A stretch of DNA of 64,000 nt. Origin: Prevotellaceae bacterium UBA1746 (GTDB lineage: Bacteria > Bacteroidota > Bacteroidia > Bacteroidales > Bacteroidaceae). The stretch spans positions 44,427-108,426 of the forward strand of contig CAJPJR010000002.1 in assembly GCA_905369775.1 (NCBI GenBank). Direction: 5' to 3'. The notes beneath the pieces were generated by a model. The model had not been told where the DNA came from, ran no database searches, and was given only the letters and a program-made list of their open reading frames with translations. This document shows, piece after piece, positions 61,497 through 64,000 of this stretch (positions within the stretch are counted from its first letter, which is position 1; each line of letters begins with the position of its first letter). The translations under genes were made by a program, and so were the position numbers.

Positions 61497-62975
61497 ATGC
61501 CCCAAAGCCAAGGTTTCAGACAACAGCAGCAACAGCAACAGGTGCAAAACGCCTCGAGCGCGCAGGTGCTCCTCTCCTCGCTCATCGAGATGCCGCTGGC
61601 CGATTTCGAAACCCGCTTGCAAAACGAGCTGCTCGACAACGAGGCGCTCGAAGTGAGCGACCACGAGGGCAACGACGGCGGAGACTATGTGGACGCCGAC
61701 GGAGAAAATTACGAAGCCGGCGATCCGCTCGACGATGCCGTGGGCGACTATCGCACACTCGACGACGTGCCCGACAACCTGCGCGAGGCTTACACCAACC
61801 GCGGCGAAGACGATCGGCGCGAACGGCAGATCGGCGCCGACGAAACCTCCTACGACGACCTGTATCGACAGATCGGCGAACTCGATCTCACCGACCACGA
61901 ACGCGCCATCATGGTCTATCTCGTGGGCTCGCTCGACGAGAGCGGCTTTCTCACGAAAGACGATGCCACGCTGGCCGACGAGCTGGCCTTCAACGAGTAT
62001 ATCGACACCACGCCCGAGGAAGTGGCGCGGCTGGCGGGGCTGATGCAGCAATTTGAGCCCCGCGGCATCGGCGCGCGCAACTTGCGCGACTGCCTGCTCC
62101 TGCAATTGCCGCGAACGGGCGAGGCCCGTGAGGTGATCGATCGCTTCTACGACGACTTCATCCACTCGCGCTGGAACCGCATCGCCGAACGCATGCACCT
62201 GAGCGACGAGGACGTGGAACGCGTGCGCCGCGAAATCGGGCACTTGAATCCGCGTCCCGGCAGTGTGCTCTCGGAAGGCAGTCGCGCCAGTGCGCCGACG
62301 GTGGTGCCCGACTTCCGCGTGACGATCGACACGGAGGGCAATCCCGTCGTGTCGCAGCACCGCGGCGACCTGCCGGAGCTGCGCGTGAGCCCGGCCTTCG
62401 CCGAAACGCTCGTCATGCACCGCGCCGCACGCGATCGGGCGGCCGAACGCGGCGAGAACGCTGCCCTCTCGCGCAGTCAGGAGGAGGCTTTCATCTACGC
62501 CCGGCAGAAAGTCACCGCTGCGCAGTCGTTCATCGAAAGCGTACGCCGCCGGTTCCAGACGCTGCAATCGGTCATGGAGGCGATTGTGGCGCTGCAACGA
62601 GAGTTTTTTGTCAATGACGACGACGAAACTCTCCTCGTGCCGATGGTGCTGAAGGACGTGGCCGAACGAGCGCACGTGGACATCAGCACGGTGTCGCGCG
62701 CCATCAACTCCAAATACGTCGAAACGGACTACGGCGTGTACTCGCTCCGGCACTTCTTCTCCACGCAATTCACCTCGGCCGACGGCGAAACGGTGGCCGC
62801 ACGGCAAGTCAAGGCCGCACTGGCCGAGATTGTGGCCGGAGAAGACAAGCGCGCACCCCTCTCTGACGAGGCCATTGCCGACGCACTGGCCGCACGCGGA
62901 CTGAAGGTGGCGCGACGCACCGTGTCGAAATACCGCATTCAGCTCAACATTCCCAAGGCCGGCCTTCGCCGCTGA
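61497..62975 (+). CDS. rpoN: RNA polymerase sigma-54 factor
   Basis: Gln-rich region I (QQQQQQQVQ); core-binding domain; C-terminal HTH plus RpoN box (RRTVSKYR). Confidence 0.9.
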   Translation: MPQSQGFRQQQQQQQVQNASSAQVLLSSLIEMPLADFETRLQNELLDNEALEVSDHEGNDGGDYVDADGENYEAGDPLDDAVGDYRTLDDVPDNLREAYTNRGEDDRRERQIGADETSYDDLYRQIGELDLTDHERAIMVYLVGSLDESGFLTKDDATLADELAFNEYIDTTPEEVARLAGLMQQFEPRGIGARNLRDCLLLQLPRTGEAREVIDRFYDDFIHSRWNRIAERMHLSDEDVERVRREIGHLNPRPGSVLSEGSRASAPTVVPDFRVTIDTEGNPVVSQHRGDLPELRVSPAFAETLVMHRAARDRAAERGENAALSRSQEEAFIYARQKVTAAQSFIESVRRRFQTLQSVMEAIVALQREFFVNDDDETLLVPMVLKDVAERAHVDISTVSRAINSKYVETDYGVYSLRHFFSTQFTSADGETVAARQVKAALAEIVAGEDKRAPLSDEAIADALAARGLKVARRTVSKYRIQLNIPKAGLRR

Positions 62976-63038
62976 GCCCACAAGGGCTCGCCCGCCGCGT
63001 CGTCTCTCCTTTTTCACATCCTTACGCGCATTTCACCT

Positions 63039-63716
63039 ATGCCCGATTTCGATCCCCGTTCCTATGCCGCCGGCGATGCCGACTACGCTCGCAGGAATCT
63101 CACCAACAAGTACGCCCTGCTCACGGCCAAAGCCATTTCTTGGCTTTTCAATCCCTTCTACCTCCCCACGGTGGCCGTCACACTGCTACTGATGTTCAGC
63201 TATCTCAATCAAATTGACCTCCGCTATCGGTTGGCCTTCGGCAGCATCGTGGTGCTCTTCACGTGGGTGTTCCCACTCACGGCGATTTATCTCTATCGCA
63301 CGCTCAACGGCTGGACGAGCCACCAGATGAGCCACCGCGAACGGCGATTTGTGCCCTACATTGTGAACATCGTGTGCTACGGTGCGCTCTATGGGCTGAT
63401 GGAAATCTTCCACATTCCCAACTTCATCTCGACAGTCATCGTCTCGGCACTGCTCATCCAGATTGTTTGTGCGCTGACCAACGTGTGGATCAAGATTTCG
63501 ACCCACGCCGCCGCTTCGGGTGGGGTGATCGGCATGCTTATGGCCTTTTCGCTCATCTTTGGCTTCGACGCCACGGGCTGGTTGTGCTGTGCCATTCTGC
63601 TGAGTGGCGCGGTGTGCAGCAGCCGCATGGTGCTCAAGATGCACAACTACCACGAACTGCTCTTCGGCGTGGTGGTGGGCATGATCTGCGGCTGGGCCGT
63701 GGTGTGGTTTGTGTGA
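63039..63716 (+). CDS. PAP2-superfamily-like integral membrane protein (putative lipid phosphatase)
   Basis: Six predicted TM helices. Possible PAP2 motifs: KIS-THAAASGG resembles PSGH, and SRMVLKMHNYHE resembles SRxxxxxHxxxD. Weak. Confidence 0.45.
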   Translation: MPDFDPRSYAAGDADYARRNLTNKYALLTAKAISWLFNPFYLPTVAVTLLLMFSYLNQIDLRYRLAFGSIVVLFTWVFPLTAIYLYRTLNGWTSHQMSHRERRFVPYIVNIVCYGALYGLMEIFHIPNFISTVIVSALLIQIVCALTNVWIKISTHAAASGGVIGMLMAFSLIFGFDATGWLCCAILLSGAVCSSRMVLKMHNYHELLFGVVVGMICGWAVVWFV

Positions 63717-63791
63717 ACCGCCGGCGCTCCGCCCCCGCAAGGTGAGCACGCTGTCTTGCAATTTTTCATTTCCCCCCAATATTTCTCCGCT

Positions 63792-64000
63792 ATGACTCCT
63801 CTTGTCAGCATCATCATGGGTAGCACCAGCGATCTTCCCGTCATGGAAAAGGCCGCGAAGGTGTTTGACCAACTCGAAATTCCGTTCGAAATCAATGCGC
63901 TCTCGGCGCATCGCACACCGGCTGAGGTCGAAGCCTTCGCCCGCGGCGCCAAAGCGCGCGGCGTTCGCGTGATCATCGCCGCTGCCGGCATGGCCGCCGC
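63792..64000 (+). CDS. purE: 5-(carboxyamino)imidazole ribonucleotide mutase; N-terminal part only, the 3' end is cut off by the window edge
   Basis: MTPLVSIIMGSTSDLPVMEKAAKVFDQLEIPFEINALSAHRTPAEV is the canonical PurE N-terminus. Confidence 0.85.
   Translation, partial: MTPLVSIIMGSTSDLPVMEKAAKVFDQLEIPFEINALSAHRTPAEVEAFARGAKARGVRVIIAAAGMAA

Overview
This window is a visibly GC-rich chromosomal segment that looks like it comes from a Bacteroidota (Bacteroidales-like) genome. Three lines of evidence support that: the C-terminal tails match the T9SS sorting domain, TAnnTTTG -7 promoter boxes recur upstream of genes, and FeoA is fused to FeoB. Most of it is housekeeping, almost all on the + strand. 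In order: formate-THF ligase, an LPS-kinase family protein, a DEAD-box helicase, pyruvate kinase, FeoAB, dapB-lepB, bcp, gpmA, a truncated dcw cluster (rsmH-ftsL-ftsI-murE-mraY-murD-ftsW), a cyclophilin, a large GH2 beta-galactosidase with a discoidin domain, queG, a polysaccharide deacetylase, a DUF2723/TPR membrane protein, a DUF2851 protein, a thioesterase, mnmG, apt, uvrC, dtd, deoC, ispB, polA, doxX, rpoN, a PAP2-like protein and the start of purE. I found no rRNA, tRNA, CRISPR array, integrase or transposase.

The accessory-looking stretch is roughly 10.1-20.7 kb and holds the two most interesting things. First, two paralogous T9SS-cargo genes are each followed by a previously unlisted small acidic ORF, and the two small ORFs are clearly homologous to each other. 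The N-terminal half of the first cargo gene and its leader are markedly AT-rich against the GC-rich background. Second, there is a TonB-dependent receptor locus. It is preceded by a small protein with an N-terminal transmembrane helix and a His/Cys-rich domain that resembles DUF2946, and followed by two paralogous lipoproteins that share an HQHFF motif. About 1.1 kb of GC-rich, apparently non-coding DNA surrounds this locus.

Strong GC-stem intrinsic terminators are frequent. The many long antisense ORFs in the six-frame track look like GC-driven shadow ORFs.
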